Positions 63,987-64,000 of a DNA stretch of 64,000 bases are shown piece by piece (position 1 is the first letter of the stretch; every line of letters begins with the position of its first letter). The translations under genes and the position numbers were made by a program. The notes under the pieces are model-generated. The model ran no database searches. It was not told the DNA's origin and saw only the letters and a program-made list of their open reading frames with translations. This DNA comes from Eledone cirrhosa. Its lineage: Eukaryota. The stretch is from positions 81,778,001 through 81,842,000 of the forward strand of contig OZ024747.1 in NCBI GenBank assembly GCA_964016885.1. Direction: 5' to 3'.

Positions 63987-64000
63987 ATATTTACATATAT

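Overview
This is AT-rich eukaryotic DNA dense in (TA)n, (CA)n, (AG)n and (ATC)n microsatellites. The repeat content (Nin/Deu-domain and CORE tRNA-SINEs, RTE/BovB-type LINEs) points to a coleoid cephalopod, probably an octopus; that assignment is inference. Only one convincing host coding exon was found: a 141-nt phase 1-1 minus-strand exon (58106-58246) encoding an 8-Cys WAP domain of the CLCDGxCGxSC type, recalled from LEV-9/Hasp-like WAP+CCP proteins. Most of the window is therefore probably large introns. Mobile elements include a near full-length disabled RTE LINE and two younger 5'-truncated copies, R4/Dong-like and CRE-like endonuclease LINE relics, a compound non-autonomous Helitron with a head-to-tail CTAG|TC junction, piggyBac and Tc1/mariner MITEs, and many SINEs. 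No complete new system can be shown from sequence alone. The best leads are a PHD-type zinc finger inside the RTE reverse transcriptase, two decayed minimal hammerhead ribozymes, long fold-backs beside microsatellites, and recurrent short snap-back inversions at element junctions. Coordinates were read by eye, and repeat boundaries may be off by a few to tens of bases.
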